Assembly: GCA_947254705.1 (NCBI GenBank)
Contig: CAMYCX010000001.1
Coordinates: 2,616-66,615, forward strand
From: an uncultured Veillonellaceae bacterium
GTDB taxonomy: Bacteria; Bacillota; Negativicutes; Veillonellales; Negativicoccaceae
Length of the DNA: 64,000 nucleotides
Direction of reading: 5' to 3'
Below, one piece after another: positions 26,829 to 38,214 of the stretch. The notes beneath the pieces are model-generated. The model was not told where the DNA came from and made no database searches. It saw only the letters and a list, made by a program, of their open reading frames with translations. Numbering within the stretch: position 1 is the first letter of the stretch; every line of letters begins with the position of its first letter. The translations under genes were made by a program, and so were the position numbers.

Positions 26829-28295
26829 TCATTCGTCCAAATGACGATTCAGATCCACTTGTTCCAACGGAATCAATGTCGTATGATGTTTCATCTTATA
26901 CCAGAAGTATACCGCTAAAAACACCGGAATTCCGATATACGCAACACTGGCGCCATACCAGTCGATCGTTTCTCCCGTAAATGCGGAATAGTTCTGTCCG
27001 GCCATGACAAAGAGGCAGACTACCAACGCAAAGAGCGGTCCGAACGGGTACATCGAGGCCCGATACGGCAACTCGGATAAATCATGTCCTTGATACGCAA
27101 AAGCTTTGCGGAACCGATACTGACTGATGGCGATGCCGACCCATGTAATAAATCCGGCCATACCGCTGATATTGACCAGCCAGTTATACGCCACTCCGTC
27201 ACCGATTAAACTCGTGATAAATGCCGCCGCACCGAAAATAACGGTAGCAAACAACGCATTGGCCGGAACACCGCGCTTGTTGACTTTCAAGAACATCTTC
27301 GGCGCTTTACCTTCCGCCGCCAACGCATACAACATACGCGTCGATACATACAGTCCGGAGTTCCCTGCAGACAGTACCGCGGTCAAAATAACCATATTCA
27401 TCACGGTCGCCGCCGACGGCAAACCGAATCGTTCAAAGACCAAGGTAAACGGACTGATCGAGATATTTTCCACGGAACTGTTAAGTAAATTCGGATCCGT
27501 ATACGGAATCAGGAAGCCGATTACCGTAAACGCGCCCAAGTAAAACAGCAAGATCCGCCAAAAAATGGAATGAACCGCTTTCGGTACGCTCTTTTCCGGA
27601 TTTTCCGATTCGCCGGCCGCCACGCCCAGCATTTCCGTTCCTTGGAAAGAGAACCCCGCAATCATAAAGATACCGAGTATCGCACCCCAACCGCCGACAA
27701 ACGGGGCATCACCGACCGTCCAGTTAACCGTTCCCGGCGACTGACCGCCCACGCCCAAAATCAGCATCGTACCGACAAACAAAAACACCAATACCGTGAA
27801 TACCTTGATCCCCGCAAAGATAAATTCACTCTCGCCGTAGGACCGTGTCGATAAAAAGTTGAGTACAAAGATAATCGTCAGAAACAATGCACTCCATAGG
27901 ATGGACGGCGTATCGGGAAACCAGTACTTCATAATCAATGCTCCCGCCACCAACTCCGCCGCCAATGTGATGGCCCAGTTAAACCAATAGTTCCAACCGA
28001 GCGCAAACCCGAATGCGGGATCAACAAATCTGGACGCATACGTACCGAATGAGCCGGATACCGGCATGTACGTTGCCATTTCTCCCAGACCGGTCATCAA
28101 AAAATACACCATGATACCGATAAATGCATACGCCAGTAACGCGCCGCCCGGGCCGGCCTGCGATACGGTTTCACCGCCGGCGACAAACAGTCCCGTACCG
28201 ATCGTACCGCCCAATGCAATCATATTCATATGGCGTGCTTTCAGACTGCGTTTCAACTTCGGCGGTGCCGCCGTCTCCTTTTTGTTATCCTCCAT
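26829..28295 (-). CDS. amino acid permease (APC/AAT family, LysP/AroP-like)
   Basis: 488 aa; 'ARHMNMIALGGTIGTGLFVAGG' and 'FSFQGTEMLGVAAGESENPEKSVPKA' AAT-family motifs. Confidence 0.85.
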   Translation of the reverse strand: MEDNKKETAAPPKLKRSLKARHMNMIALGGTIGTGLFVAGGETVSQAGPGGALLAYAFIGIMVYFLMTGLGEMATYMPVSGSFGTYASRFVDPAFGFALGWNYWFNWAITLAAELVAGALIMKYWFPDTPSILWSALFLTIIFVLNFLSTRSYGESEFIFAGIKVFTVLVFLFVGTMLILGVGGQSPGTVNWTVGDAPFVGGWGAILGIFMIAGFSFQGTEMLGVAAGESENPEKSVPKAVHSIFWRILLFYLGAFTVIGFLIPYTDPNLLNSSVENISISPFTLVFERFGLPSAATVMNMVILTAVLSAGNSGLYVSTRMLYALAAEGKAPKMFLKVNKRGVPANALFATVIFGAAAFITSLIGDGVAYNWLVNISGMAGFITWVGIAISQYRFRKAFAYQGHDLSELPYRASMYPFGPLFALVVCLFVMAGQNYSAFTGETIDWYGASVAYIGIPVFLAVYFWYKMKHHTTLIPLEQVDLNRHLDE

Positions 28296-28331
28296 CGTGC
28301 GTTCACCTTCTTTTGCAATAGTAATAGGTAA

Positions 28332-28359
28332 AGTATAGCACTTCTGATTTATTTTTCAA
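28332..28359 (-). promoter_or_regulatory. sigma70 promoter of permease gene (TTGAAA-16-TATACT)
   Basis: Minus-strand -35 at 28359-28354 and -10 at 28337-28332. Short leader, RBS AAGAAGGTGAA. Confidence 0.55.
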
Positions 28360-28472
28360 CATTGATCAGATAAAAATTGATATTTCTTGTGTTTTTAGGA
28401 AATCATCTTGATTTTATGCGTATTTATCATTGATTTTCTTTTTACTCCGATGATTTTCTTTGATCTCTACAA

Positions 28473-28511
28473 CAAAAAAACTCTCTTGATCGAAATACCG
28501 ATCAAGAGAGT
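28473..28511 (-). terminator. rho-independent terminator of gyrB
   Basis: Perfect 13-bp stem ACTCTCTTGATCG / CGATCAAGAGAGT followed, on the minus strand, by T8. Confidence 0.85.
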
Positions 28512-28528
28512 TGGTCCGTGCTGTGACA

Positions 28529-30484
<1,956 letters not shown>

Positions 30485-30593
30485 TTATACTACAAAATCA
30501 TAAAATTAACAAAATTTGCACTTTATACGCATTTTATATCAACTAATTACTTCCCAGATAACCGCGTTCATTTTTTCGCATTTTTAGGCCTAT

Positions 30594-31457
30594 TTAGTAA
30601 TTTTGCGATTCATCCGTCGGTTTCTTTCTGTTCAATTTGTTAATCAAATTCTCCTTGTGCGCAACGGTCAACTTATCTCCGTCCAGGCGGGTTAGCAATC
30701 GTACCAACAGCCATTGTTCTTCGTCCGTTTCCTGCCGGTGCCAAACCCGGTCCAAGGTCCGATGAATCAAGTAATGCCGAGCTTCTTCGTATTCTTTCTC
30801 GAGTACCGGCAACGTGCGGCGCACTTCGTCATACTCCGCGGCCGGATGCCGAACGAGAAATTGCAATAATTGTCGATGTTGTTCCTGTTGTAAACGGGCC
30901 CGACAACGATCGCAAATCCGGTCTTTACAATCCGTCAGCGCCTGACAATATTCACACGGTTGCCAACCCGCCCCGAGACGGGCTTGGTCCAACTGCAGTT
31001 GCCGTCGACGTAATTGACCGATCGCCGTTCGCAATTCCGGTATGGGAATATCCTCACATTGCGTCGCCACCTCTTCTTCCTGATCGGGTGTCAATGACGG
31101 CAAGGGTTCTTCCTTCTCTATCGACGAGAAACGAACTGCCGACGATACCGGCATTTGTCCAGCCTTGAATTCAATTTCACTGACGACCGTCTCTCCCGCC
31201 ATATCATTCAGCTTTTGAATCAGCTTTCTTTTCTGCATGAACAATTCCTGCATCCAGGCGGAATTTTCCGTATAGATCACCCATTTTCCGTCGTCGCGCA
31301 CGACACCGACAATCGAATGAGAAGACAGTACCGCACCGACGGTATCTCTCCATAACCGTCGTCCGTTTTCCAAGCGACCGCGCGGCGTATCGGACAACTG
31401 TTTCATCAATTCGCCGATAATGTGACCGGTATCTTCCCACTTACTCATGTTCATCAC
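30594..31457 (-). CDS. DUF721/DciA-like protein with C-terminal zinc-ribbon-containing extension
   Basis: N-terminal about 100 aa fit DUF721 (GAVLSSHSIVGVVRDDGKWVIYTENSAWMQELFMQKRKLIQKLN). C-terminal about 180 aa contain CEYCQALTDCKDRICDRCRA. Sits between recF and gyrB like yaaB/remB in Bacillus. Confidence 0.7.
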   Translation of the reverse strand: MMNMSKWEDTGHIIGELMKQLSDTPRGRLENGRRLWRDTVGAVLSSHSIVGVVRDDGKWVIYTENSAWMQELFMQKRKLIQKLNDMAGETVVSEIEFKAGQMPVSSAVRFSSIEKEEPLPSLTPDQEEEVATQCEDIPIPELRTAIGQLRRRQLQLDQARLGAGWQPCEYCQALTDCKDRICDRCRARLQQEQHRQLLQFLVRHPAAEYDEVRRTLPVLEKEYEEARHYLIHRTLDRVWHRQETDEEQWLLVRLLTRLDGDKLTVAHKENLINKLNRKKPTDESQNY

Positions 31458-32514
31458 CGTCCAACTTCATGTATTGCACGTCTCCTGTCAACTCCTGCGG
31501 TATGTCCGTACCTGTCATGATCATCTGTATCCGATGCGTGTGAATCCAATGTAAAAATGCAGTCCGGCGGTCACCGTCCAATTCACTTAATACATCATCA
31601 AGCAATAAAATCGGCGACTCGCCTGTTTGCTCCTGTAAAAAATCAACTTCACACAGTTTCAGCGCCAATATCGCCAAACGCTGTTCCCCTTGCGAACCGT
31701 ATTGTGCAACATCCCATGTTTCCCGCAATATCGACCAATCGCCCCGATGCGGACCGACGGAAGTATATCCGTAACGGCTGTCCCGCTCACGCGTCTGTGC
31801 CAACAAAGTACGGTACAATTCCGCGCTACAGTCGTCATCCTTGGTATACAGACGGGTATAAACCAATTCCAAATTAATATCGGCGGCACTGATCTCACTG
31901 CCGATAGTTCGTAAGCGACGATTCCATTCTTTCATCGAACGGATCCGTTCCGCCGTAATGTATGCCGCCTGCTGTGCCAGTTGCTCATCCCACCCGTAAG
32001 CACTGCTTTCTTCTCCTGTTTTCAAGCAACGGTTTCGTTGTGCCAAAACCCGGTTATACCGTAATAATGCATCATAATATAACGGATTCACCCGAGACAA
32101 CGATAAATCCAAAAATCGCCGGCGCTGCTGCGGACTGCCTTTGACAAGTTGAATGTCATCCGGCCCGAAAAAGACCGTTTGTAATGTTTCAACCAATTCT
32201 TTTTGCCTGACCGGCGTATCATTCAACATCATTTCTTTACGTTGCTGCCGATAGATTTTGATTTTCACTCGTTGTGCCACGTCACGATGCACAAAATCGA
32301 CATTGACCGCCGCACTTTCCTGTGCATGCGAAATCACCACGGTATCCCGATTGGTCCGCGGTGATTTTCCGACCGATGCCATATATAACGCTTCCAAAAC
32401 GGAGGTTTTTCCACCGCCGTTCGGACCGTGAATAAATGTCATCGGACCGTCAAACGTAAATGTTTGCTTTTTATATTTACGAAAATTGACGACATGCAAC
32501 GAATTAATCTTCAT
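31441..32514 (-). CDS. recF: DNA replication and repair protein RecF
   Basis: 'FIHGPNGGGKTSVLEALY' Walker A and C-terminal 'LLLDDVLSELD' Walker B/signature. Confidence 0.9.
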   Translation of the reverse strand: MKINSLHVVNFRKYKKQTFTFDGPMTFIHGPNGGGKTSVLEALYMASVGKSPRTNRDTVVISHAQESAAVNVDFVHRDVAQRVKIKIYRQQRKEMMLNDTPVRQKELVETLQTVFFGPDDIQLVKGSPQQRRRFLDLSLSRVNPLYYDALLRYNRVLAQRNRCLKTGEESSAYGWDEQLAQQAAYITAERIRSMKEWNRRLRTIGSEISAADINLELVYTRLYTKDDDCSAELYRTLLAQTRERDSRYGYTSVGPHRGDWSILRETWDVAQYGSQGEQRLAILALKLCEVDFLQEQTGESPILLLDDVLSELDGDRRTAFLHWIHTHRIQMIMTGTDIPQELTGDVQYMKLDGDEHE

Positions 32515-32731
32515 CAGAGGCCCGGACTAACAATAAACTCCCGACATCGGGAATATCAATCCGATCTCCCGCCGTTAATTTTTTCCGAATAACGGTACAC
32601 GGTGCTCCGTTCACCCATATATCACCGTCCAAAATCAACTGTTTCGCCGCACCGCCGGAGCCGACAATTCCCTCATACTTCAGCAACTGGTCCAGTGCAA
32701 TTGTCGGTGTTGTAATCTCTACGCGTTTCAT
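32504..32731 (-). CDS. yaaA: S4-domain RNA-binding protein YaaA/RlbA
   Basis: 75-aa S4-like protein between dnaN and recF, the canonical Firmicutes position. Confidence 0.8.
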   Translation of the reverse strand: MKRVEITTPTIALDQLLKYEGIVGSGGAAKQLILDGDIWVNGAPCTVIRKKLTAGDRIDIPDVGSLLLVRASDED

Positions 32732-33837
32732 CAGTTTCCTCTCATCGGCGTAACGATATAACGATACAATTCATCCTGTTCTTGTTCTACCAACATCGGC
32801 CCGTTCGACAACATATGCAATGTGACCGTATCCCCGTAGGAATGTTTTAAAATATCGAGTAAATAAAAACAGTTAAATACGATTTCCAGCGTATCTCCTT
32901 CATATTCACACGGAATGGTTTCTTCCATGCTGCCGTATTCCGTACTCATCACACTTGTTTCCAACTGATTGTCGCCCCATTTCAAAGTAACGGTGCGATA
33001 GGTCATATTCCGTGCAATTAACGAGGCCCGTTCCAATGCCGACGTCAATGCCCGCCGATCAATTTTTGCTTTGGCTTGGAATGACGACGGGAAAACCCGC
33101 TGATAATCCGGAAACTCGCCTTCAATCAACGACGCGACAAAGTACACATTGGCAAAGGAAAAAGCCACTTTTGAACGGAACCAATGAATCGTTACCGGAA
33201 TAACATCTTCCGTCGGCAACAACCGAATCAAATCCGACCATACTTTTTCCGGAATAACCAACGAAATCGGTCGGGCAATCTCTTGCGCAAGATCCACTTC
33301 ACGACAAGCCAGACGATGTGTATCCGTTGCCACCATGCGTGCACAACGACCGTCCGCTTCCAATAAAATTCCCGTAAAGATGGCACGTTGATTATCTCCG
33401 CCAACCGCAAAACGAGTCTGATTATACATGTCTTTTAATTGATCACTCGGTAACGTTGCGGTTTGCGTTTGATCCAATGTTTCCAAACGAGGAAATTCCG
33501 AGGCCATACCCATGACCAAATCATTTTCACTTTGTCCGCAAGAAACGGTTACCACTTTTTCTTTGGCAGTATGGATCGTCACCGTATCGGCATTGAATTT
33601 TTTTACCAAATCAATCAGATACGGTGCGCGAATCACGACATCTCCGTTTTCTACTACGGTTGCCGGTACTTCGACATGAATTCCGATCAGATAGTCCGTT
33701 GCTTCAATTTCCAACACTTGATCGTGCGCGGAAAAGAAAATACCTAAATCATCATTATTTGCAATTTTAGATGCGGCGGCACGACTGACTGTATCCAATG
33801 CGCGCTGTAATTGTGCCGTTTCAATTTGAATATGCAT
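32731..33837 (-). CDS. dnaN: DNA polymerase III subunit beta (sliding clamp)
   Basis: 368 aa, three-domain clamp profile, immediately downstream of dnaA. Confidence 0.9.
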   Translation of the reverse strand: MHIQIETAQLQRALDTVSRAAASKIANNDDLGIFFSAHDQVLEIEATDYLIGIHVEVPATVVENGDVVIRAPYLIDLVKKFNADTVTIHTAKEKVVTVSCGQSENDLVMGMASEFPRLETLDQTQTATLPSDQLKDMYNQTRFAVGGDNQRAIFTGILLEADGRCARMVATDTHRLACREVDLAQEIARPISLVIPEKVWSDLIRLLPTEDVIPVTIHWFRSKVAFSFANVYFVASLIEGEFPDYQRVFPSSFQAKAKIDRRALTSALERASLIARNMTYRTVTLKWGDNQLETSVMSTEYGSMEETIPCEYEGDTLEIVFNCFYLLDILKHSYGDTVTLHMLSNGPMLVEQEQDELYRYIVTPMRGN

Positions 33838-34060
33838 ATTGTCCTCCTGTAATTCGACTGAATAAAATGAAAAGCGTTTAAAAGAGCAGTAGTACTAGTA
33901 GGCTCGGTGGATATGTTGAAAACCGTGAAAGGTATTTGCCGGTGGCCGTGTGAATGGCGCGGATAACTTCGTGGATAACCGTCGTGACTTATTCACCTTT
34001 TTCACCGAAAACGGAAAAGATTACGTACAAATCCGTTTATCCACATATTATTCACTGATT
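33838..34060. promoter_or_regulatory. oriC segment between dnaA and dnaN (DnaA-box cluster plus AT-rich tract)
   Basis: Perfect TTATCCACA at 34037-34045, cGTGGATAA at 33970-33978, further 2-mismatch boxes (GGTGGATAT, GCGGATAAC), and an AT-rich stretch next to dnaA's 3' end. Confidence 0.75.
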
Positions 34061-35605
34061 TTATACCTCTTTTTCCACACCGAGCATAGTTAGAATTTGG
34101 TTGATTTCCTGTTTCGTTTGCGGATCGGTATTCATTTTTTTTGTGATTTTTTCATATGCATAGATGATCGTGGTGTGATCTCTGCTGAAAAAAGAACCGA
34201 TTTGTGTAAATGACCAGTCAAGCAATTCCCGACACAGATACATGGCGACTTGTCGAGCCGTTGCAATGTTTTTGGGACGGGATTTGCCGAGAATTTTTCT
34301 ACGGTCCACTTTATAGAAAACGGCAATTTCTCCGATAATCATATTCGGATCCAAGGGTTGCCGTTTATTTTTCGGCAACAAATCCGATAAATATTCTTGG
34401 GCCTGTGCCAATGAAAGCGGTTCATCCGTTGTGTGTCCCGGTTGTTCAATAGCATGATAGGTCAACAGGCGGTTGAAAGCCTTTTCGACATCACGCATAT
34501 TTTGATAAAAATGTTCCGCGACAAATTGAATGATGTCCGGGCTCAATGGCAGATGTTCCGTCAGCGCCATTTGTTGCAGATAAGCCGAGCGGATTTCAAT
34601 ATTCGGCGGTTTGATTTCCACAACGAGTCCAGAACTGAACCGACTGGTCAGTCGGTTTTCGATTTCTTCAATGTCTTCCGGTAAACGGTCGCACGTCATG
34701 ACGATCTGTTTACTGTTATTTAACAGTTCGTTGAAGGTATGGAAAAATTCTTCCTGCGTGCCGTCTTTTTTCCCGAAAAATTGGACATCGTCAATCAATA
34801 AATAGTCTACGTTCCGATACTTTTCCCTGAATTGTTGGTTCAGACTGATATCACGCTTACTCAGCGAAGAAATAAAATCGTTGGTAAATTGTTCACTGGT
34901 TAAAAATAATACTTTCTTTTCCGGCGTGTGGGTACGGACATAGTTACAAATGGCGTGCATCAAGTGTGTTTTGCCTAATCCCGATTTGCCGTAAATAAAA
35001 AAGGGATTTTGTTGTTGTGCGGGAGATTTAGCGACCGCTTGAGCACTGGCAAAGGCCATTCGATTCGGTGTACCGATAATAAAATTATCAAAAGTGTATT
35101 CCGGATTAATCGGAATACCGGTCTGCAACGGCGGCTTGGACACGGAAGGTATCGGAGGTGTATCGATGGTCGGTATGTTTGGCTGTACGGAAGGCTTTTT
35201 TAGGGGAATCGGTTTCGTTGGCACTTCCGGCAGACGCGCCAAATATTTTTTTCGTTCCGCTTCCGTAAAAATCGATGTCGAGGAGACGGATGTTAACGGT
35301 ACGGAAGGGTCTTCCTCCACCGTGTTTGTCGATGTTGATATTGCCGTTTCCGTGTCGGTCGGAGTTAACAGGGTAATGGCCAGCGGTGATCCGTTCATTT
35401 CCCGAACGACGGTTTCAATGTCTTGCAAAAATGTCTGTTCCACCCAGATTTTATGAAAGGGTTTGGCCACCTGCAATGTCAGTGTTGTATCGTTGATATG
35501 CAAGGGGATCACGTTGGTTCGTAACCAATCAACGGATTCGGGGGCGATACGAAGCGCTAATTGGCTCAGTACAATTTTCCAAAAGTCAATCACATTTGGT
35601 AACAT
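34061..35605 (-). CDS. dnaA: chromosomal replication initiator protein DnaA
   Basis: AAA+ 'GKSGLGKTHLMHAI' Walker A, 'LLIDDVQFF' Walker B, C-terminal HTH 'IATARQVAMYLCRELL'. Start MLPNVIDFW by RBS AAGGAG 5 nt upstream. The ORF track's longer N-terminus is unlikely. Confidence 0.9.
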   Translation of the reverse strand: MLPNVIDFWKIVLSQLALRIAPESVDWLRTNVIPLHINDTTLTLQVAKPFHKIWVEQTFLQDIETVVREMNGSPLAITLLTPTDTETAISTSTNTVEEDPSVPLTSVSSTSIFTEAERKKYLARLPEVPTKPIPLKKPSVQPNIPTIDTPPIPSVSKPPLQTGIPINPEYTFDNFIIGTPNRMAFASAQAVAKSPAQQQNPFFIYGKSGLGKTHLMHAICNYVRTHTPEKKVLFLTSEQFTNDFISSLSKRDISLNQQFREKYRNVDYLLIDDVQFFGKKDGTQEEFFHTFNELLNNSKQIVMTCDRLPEDIEEIENRLTSRFSSGLVVEIKPPNIEIRSAYLQQMALTEHLPLSPDIIQFVAEHFYQNMRDVEKAFNRLLTYHAIEQPGHTTDEPLSLAQAQEYLSDLLPKNKRQPLDPNMIIGEIAVFYKVDRRKILGKSRPKNIATARQVAMYLCRELLDWSFTQIGSFFSRDHTTIIYAYEKITKKMNTDPQTKQEINQILTMLGVEKEV

Positions 35606-35790
35606 ATACACTCCTTGCGTATGTGAATAGATAGAATAAATCAAAAAAGTAGGTGTAAATCTTGTATTGGCGTCCTGTGGAGAGCGGGGATAACTATGTG
35701 GATAAGTAGTACAGAAATATTGTAACATACTTATTCAATGAAAGAAAGACAGTCTCTTGACTTGTTTACGGGAAGGGAGTATCGACCAAA
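35606..35790. promoter_or_regulatory. dnaA upstream region with DnaA boxes (second oriC segment / dnaA autoregulatory region)
   Basis: Perfect TGTGGATAA at 35697-35705, plus cGGGGATAA and TGTGGAgAg variants nearby. Confidence 0.7.
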
Positions 35791-35819
35791 GAAAAACCCC
35801 CTTTGTCTGACAAAGGGGG
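35787..35819 (-). terminator. rho-independent terminator of brnQ
   Basis: CCCCCTTTGTC / GACAAAGGGGG perfect stem. On the minus strand it is followed by TTTTTCTTT. Confidence 0.8.
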
Positions 35820-35825
35820 AAAGAA

Positions 35826-37148
35826 TCATTTACGGATCAATTGACAATGCAAAAGGCCGATGACAAAACCGATCACGGCAAAGCTGATCCAGCCGAGACC
35901 GTAGTTAAATAACGGTAAATATGTTACGCCGAAGGTGTTGAGTGCCGCCAAGTCGACGCCGGCCGTACGCAGACCGTCCCATACGGACGGAATTAAAGTG
36001 AAACCGATGGTCCATGCGTATACCGCGCGCCGATGATTAAAGTAAGGCGAGGCAAAGGTCAATACCATCAAGACCATTGTCAGCGGGTAGAGAAACATTA
36101 AAATCGGAATCGCTGCGGAAATAATGGTCGACAACCCGATGATGCCGATACATCCGGAAAAGACGGAGAAAATCGTTACCCAGGTCCGGTACGAAAGAGC
36201 CGGGATTAATTCCGAAAAATACGATCCGCAGGAAGAAATCAGCCCGATGCTTGTGGTTAAACAGGCGAGCAATACGATGAACGCGAGAATGGTTGTTCCC
36301 GGCGCACCGAAATAGTATTGTGTAGACAAGGCCAACACCGGCGCACCGGTTTCTTGTAACCCGATACCGGATACGCTGGTTGCACCGATATTGGCAATAA
36401 AGACATAGACAAACGCCAAACAAAAGGCAGCCACTACACCGGACTTCATTGTCGCGGCGGCGATTTCTTTTTCATGCTGCGCGCCGTATTGTTTGACCGA
36501 CTTCACAATCAAAATACCGAAGACCAACGAGGCCAACGCATCCATTGTGTTGTATCCGTCGAGAAAACCTTGTGCAAAGGCACCCCCTGATGTCGCATAT
36601 AAAGCGGTCGGTGTTTGTGGTAAACCGATCGGATGAATCAATGATTGGATGATCAATATAAATAATAACAATAATAATGTAGGTGTCAGAAACTTACCGA
36701 TCCGTTCCACCAATTTACTCGGCGAAATGGAAAACCACCACGAAATAACGAAAAACACGGCAAGAAACAGTCCCAGTTCGGTCGTGTCGGCTTGTCCGCC
36801 CAAGAAAGGACGAACGGCAATTTCATACGATACGGTACCTGTACGGGGGATGGCAAAGCATGGTCCGATGGTCAAGTAGAGTAACACGGTAAAAAAGATA
36901 CCGTACCAAGGGTGAACCCGCCCGGCCAAATCTTGCAAATCGCGACTGCCCGAGTAGCCGATGGCAATGACACCCAGCAACGGAAGTCCCACGCCGGTAA
37001 TCAGAAATCCGAGTGTGGCAAGCGGGAAATTGGTCCCGGCTTGTTGTCCGAGAGATGCCGGAAAAATAAGGTTGCCCGCTCCGAAGAATAAAGCAAACAA
37101 CATCAGCCCTATGGCAATGTAAGCGGAACGAGAAATTTTAGTGTCCAT
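35826..37148 (-). CDS. brnQ: branched-chain amino acid transport system II carrier protein (LIVCS family)
   Basis: 440 aa; 'GLMLFALFFGAGNLIFP' signature of BrnQ. Start MDTKIS with RBS AGGGGGG. Confidence 0.85.
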   Translation of the reverse strand: MDTKISRSAYIAIGLMLFALFFGAGNLIFPASLGQQAGTNFPLATLGFLITGVGLPLLGVIAIGYSGSRDLQDLAGRVHPWYGIFFTVLLYLTIGPCFAIPRTGTVSYEIAVRPFLGGQADTTELGLFLAVFFVISWWFSISPSKLVERIGKFLTPTLLLLLFILIIQSLIHPIGLPQTPTALYATSGGAFAQGFLDGYNTMDALASLVFGILIVKSVKQYGAQHEKEIAAATMKSGVVAAFCLAFVYVFIANIGATSVSGIGLQETGAPVLALSTQYYFGAPGTTILAFIVLLACLTTSIGLISSCGSYFSELIPALSYRTWVTIFSVFSGCIGIIGLSTIISAAIPILMFLYPLTMVLMVLTFASPYFNHRRAVYAWTIGFTLIPSVWDGLRTAGVDLAALNTFGVTYLPLFNYGLGWISFAVIGFVIGLLHCQLIRK

Positions 37149-37182
37149 AGTAAATACCCCCCTATACAAGTTAGTTCTCACT

Positions 37183-37211
37183 ATTATAGTGGAACGGCAT
37201 TGCGTTTTCAA
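37183..37211 (-). promoter_or_regulatory. brnQ promoter TTGAAA-17-TATAAT
   Basis: Consensus hexamers about 30 nt upstream of the brnQ RBS. No T-box-like leader present. Confidence 0.6.
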
Positions 37212-37339
37212 TAGAAAAGAAAAAATATTTAAAAAAACGGCGCAATTGAAAATGGACAATACCGATTTATACAATTAATACAGCAAGTTGCGCGCGAAAG
37301 CGAATTCGGAACGGAATTTGTCGCAGCGTACGGAAAAGT

Positions 37340-37368
37340 TTGACATGCAGGCCGTTTTTCAATATAAT
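37340..37368 (+). promoter_or_regulatory. rpmH promoter TTGACA-17-TATAAT
   Basis: Perfect consensus -35 and -10 hexamers about 65 nt upstream of rpmH. Confidence 0.7.
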
Positions 37369-37436
37369 AACTTTGTTATGAGTGAATGTCCGATTCTAAC
37401 GGAAAACCCGTTAAATATAGTAAGGAGGTGGGCTAG

Positions 37437-37571
37437 ATGAAACGTACATACCAACCGAACGTATTGTGGCGCAAACGTACGCACGGATTTCGCGAACGTA
37501 TGAAAACCAAAGGCGGCCGCATGGTGCTCAAAAGAAGAAGATTAAAAGGTAGAAAAAAACTGTCCGCCTAA
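37437..37571 (+). CDS. rpmH: 50S ribosomal protein L34
   Basis: [44 protein letters not shown], 44 aa. RBS TAAGGAGGTG. Too short for the ORF track. Confidence 0.9.
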   Translation: MKRTYQPNVLWRKRTHGFRERMKTKGGRMVLKRRRLKGRKKLSA

Positions 37572-37628
37572 ACGAGGCGACGCGAGAACTTGGCCTCGGC
37601 CAAGTTCTTATTGTCTAAGGTGAAAAGT

Positions 37629-37976
37629 ATGAATGATCTCAAAAAAGAGTATCGCATACGCGAAAATCGTGAGTTTCGGTATGTGTATCGCCGCGGCAAA
37701 GTATGTGTGTCGTCGCGGGCGGTGCTGTATGTCCTGCCGCAAGCGGGCCAATCGACACGTATCGGTTTTGTCACCGGCAAAAAAATCGGTTCGGCAGTCA
37801 AACGTAATCGAGCCCGTCGCTTGATGCGCGAGGTATACCGTTTGCATCGCCACCGATTGCAACAGGGGTATTTGTTGGTATTGGTCGGTCGCAGTCCGTT
37901 GACGCGGTCGACGTATGCCGAAGCGGAAAAAGATATTGTCGGCTTGTGGAAACGAGCCCGCGTGATAAAGCGATGA
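37629..37976 (+). CDS. rnpA: ribonuclease P protein component
   Basis: Basic 115-aa protein '[19 protein letters not shown]...[10 protein letters not shown]' directly after rpmH. Start ATG 37629 after AAGGTGA. Confidence 0.85.
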   Translation: MNDLKKEYRIRENREFRYVYRRGKVCVSSRAVLYVLPQAGQSTRIGFVTGKKIGSAVKRNRARRLMREVYRLHRHRLQQGYLLVLVGRSPLTRSTYAEAEKDIVGLWKRARVIKR

Positions 37977-38203
37977 AAAAAATATTGCTGGCGTGTATTC
38001 AGGGGTATCGTCACTATCTGTCCCCGCTCAAACCGCCGTGTTGTCGGTTTGTACCGACGTGCAGCGAATATGCGCTGGTGGCGATTGAGCGGTTCGGCGT
38101 CGTATACGGCATGTGGCTGACGATACGGCGCATTGCCAAGTGTCATCCCTTTCATCGTGGCGGATATGATCCTGTTCCGCCCCGTTCACAAACGCGGAGT
38201 TGA
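37973..38203 (+). CDS. yidD: membrane protein insertion efficiency factor YidD
   Basis: '[31 protein letters not shown]' signature. ATGA overlap with rnpA stop. Confidence 0.85.
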   Translation: MKKILLACIQGYRHYLSPLKPPCCRFVPTCSEYALVAIERFGVVYGMWLTIRRIAKCHPFHRGGYDPVPPRSQTRS

Positions 38204-38214
38204 GGAGGAGTGCA

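Noticed and set aside
28296-28470. Possible lysine riboswitch upstream of the LysP-like permease
   Set aside because: Promoter-to-start distance is only about 35 nt and no L-box conserved segments are visible.
35606-35728. Longer dnaA N-terminus (MLQYFCTTYPHSY...)
   Set aside because: It would run through the DnaA-box promoter region. An internal ATG at 35605 has an AAGGAG RBS and gives a normal DnaA N-terminus.
37149-37436. Possible T-box or other riboswitch leader for brnQ
   Set aside because: The consensus promoter lies only about 30 nt from the RBS. No T-box conserved box (AATTAGGGTGGNACCGCG) was present.
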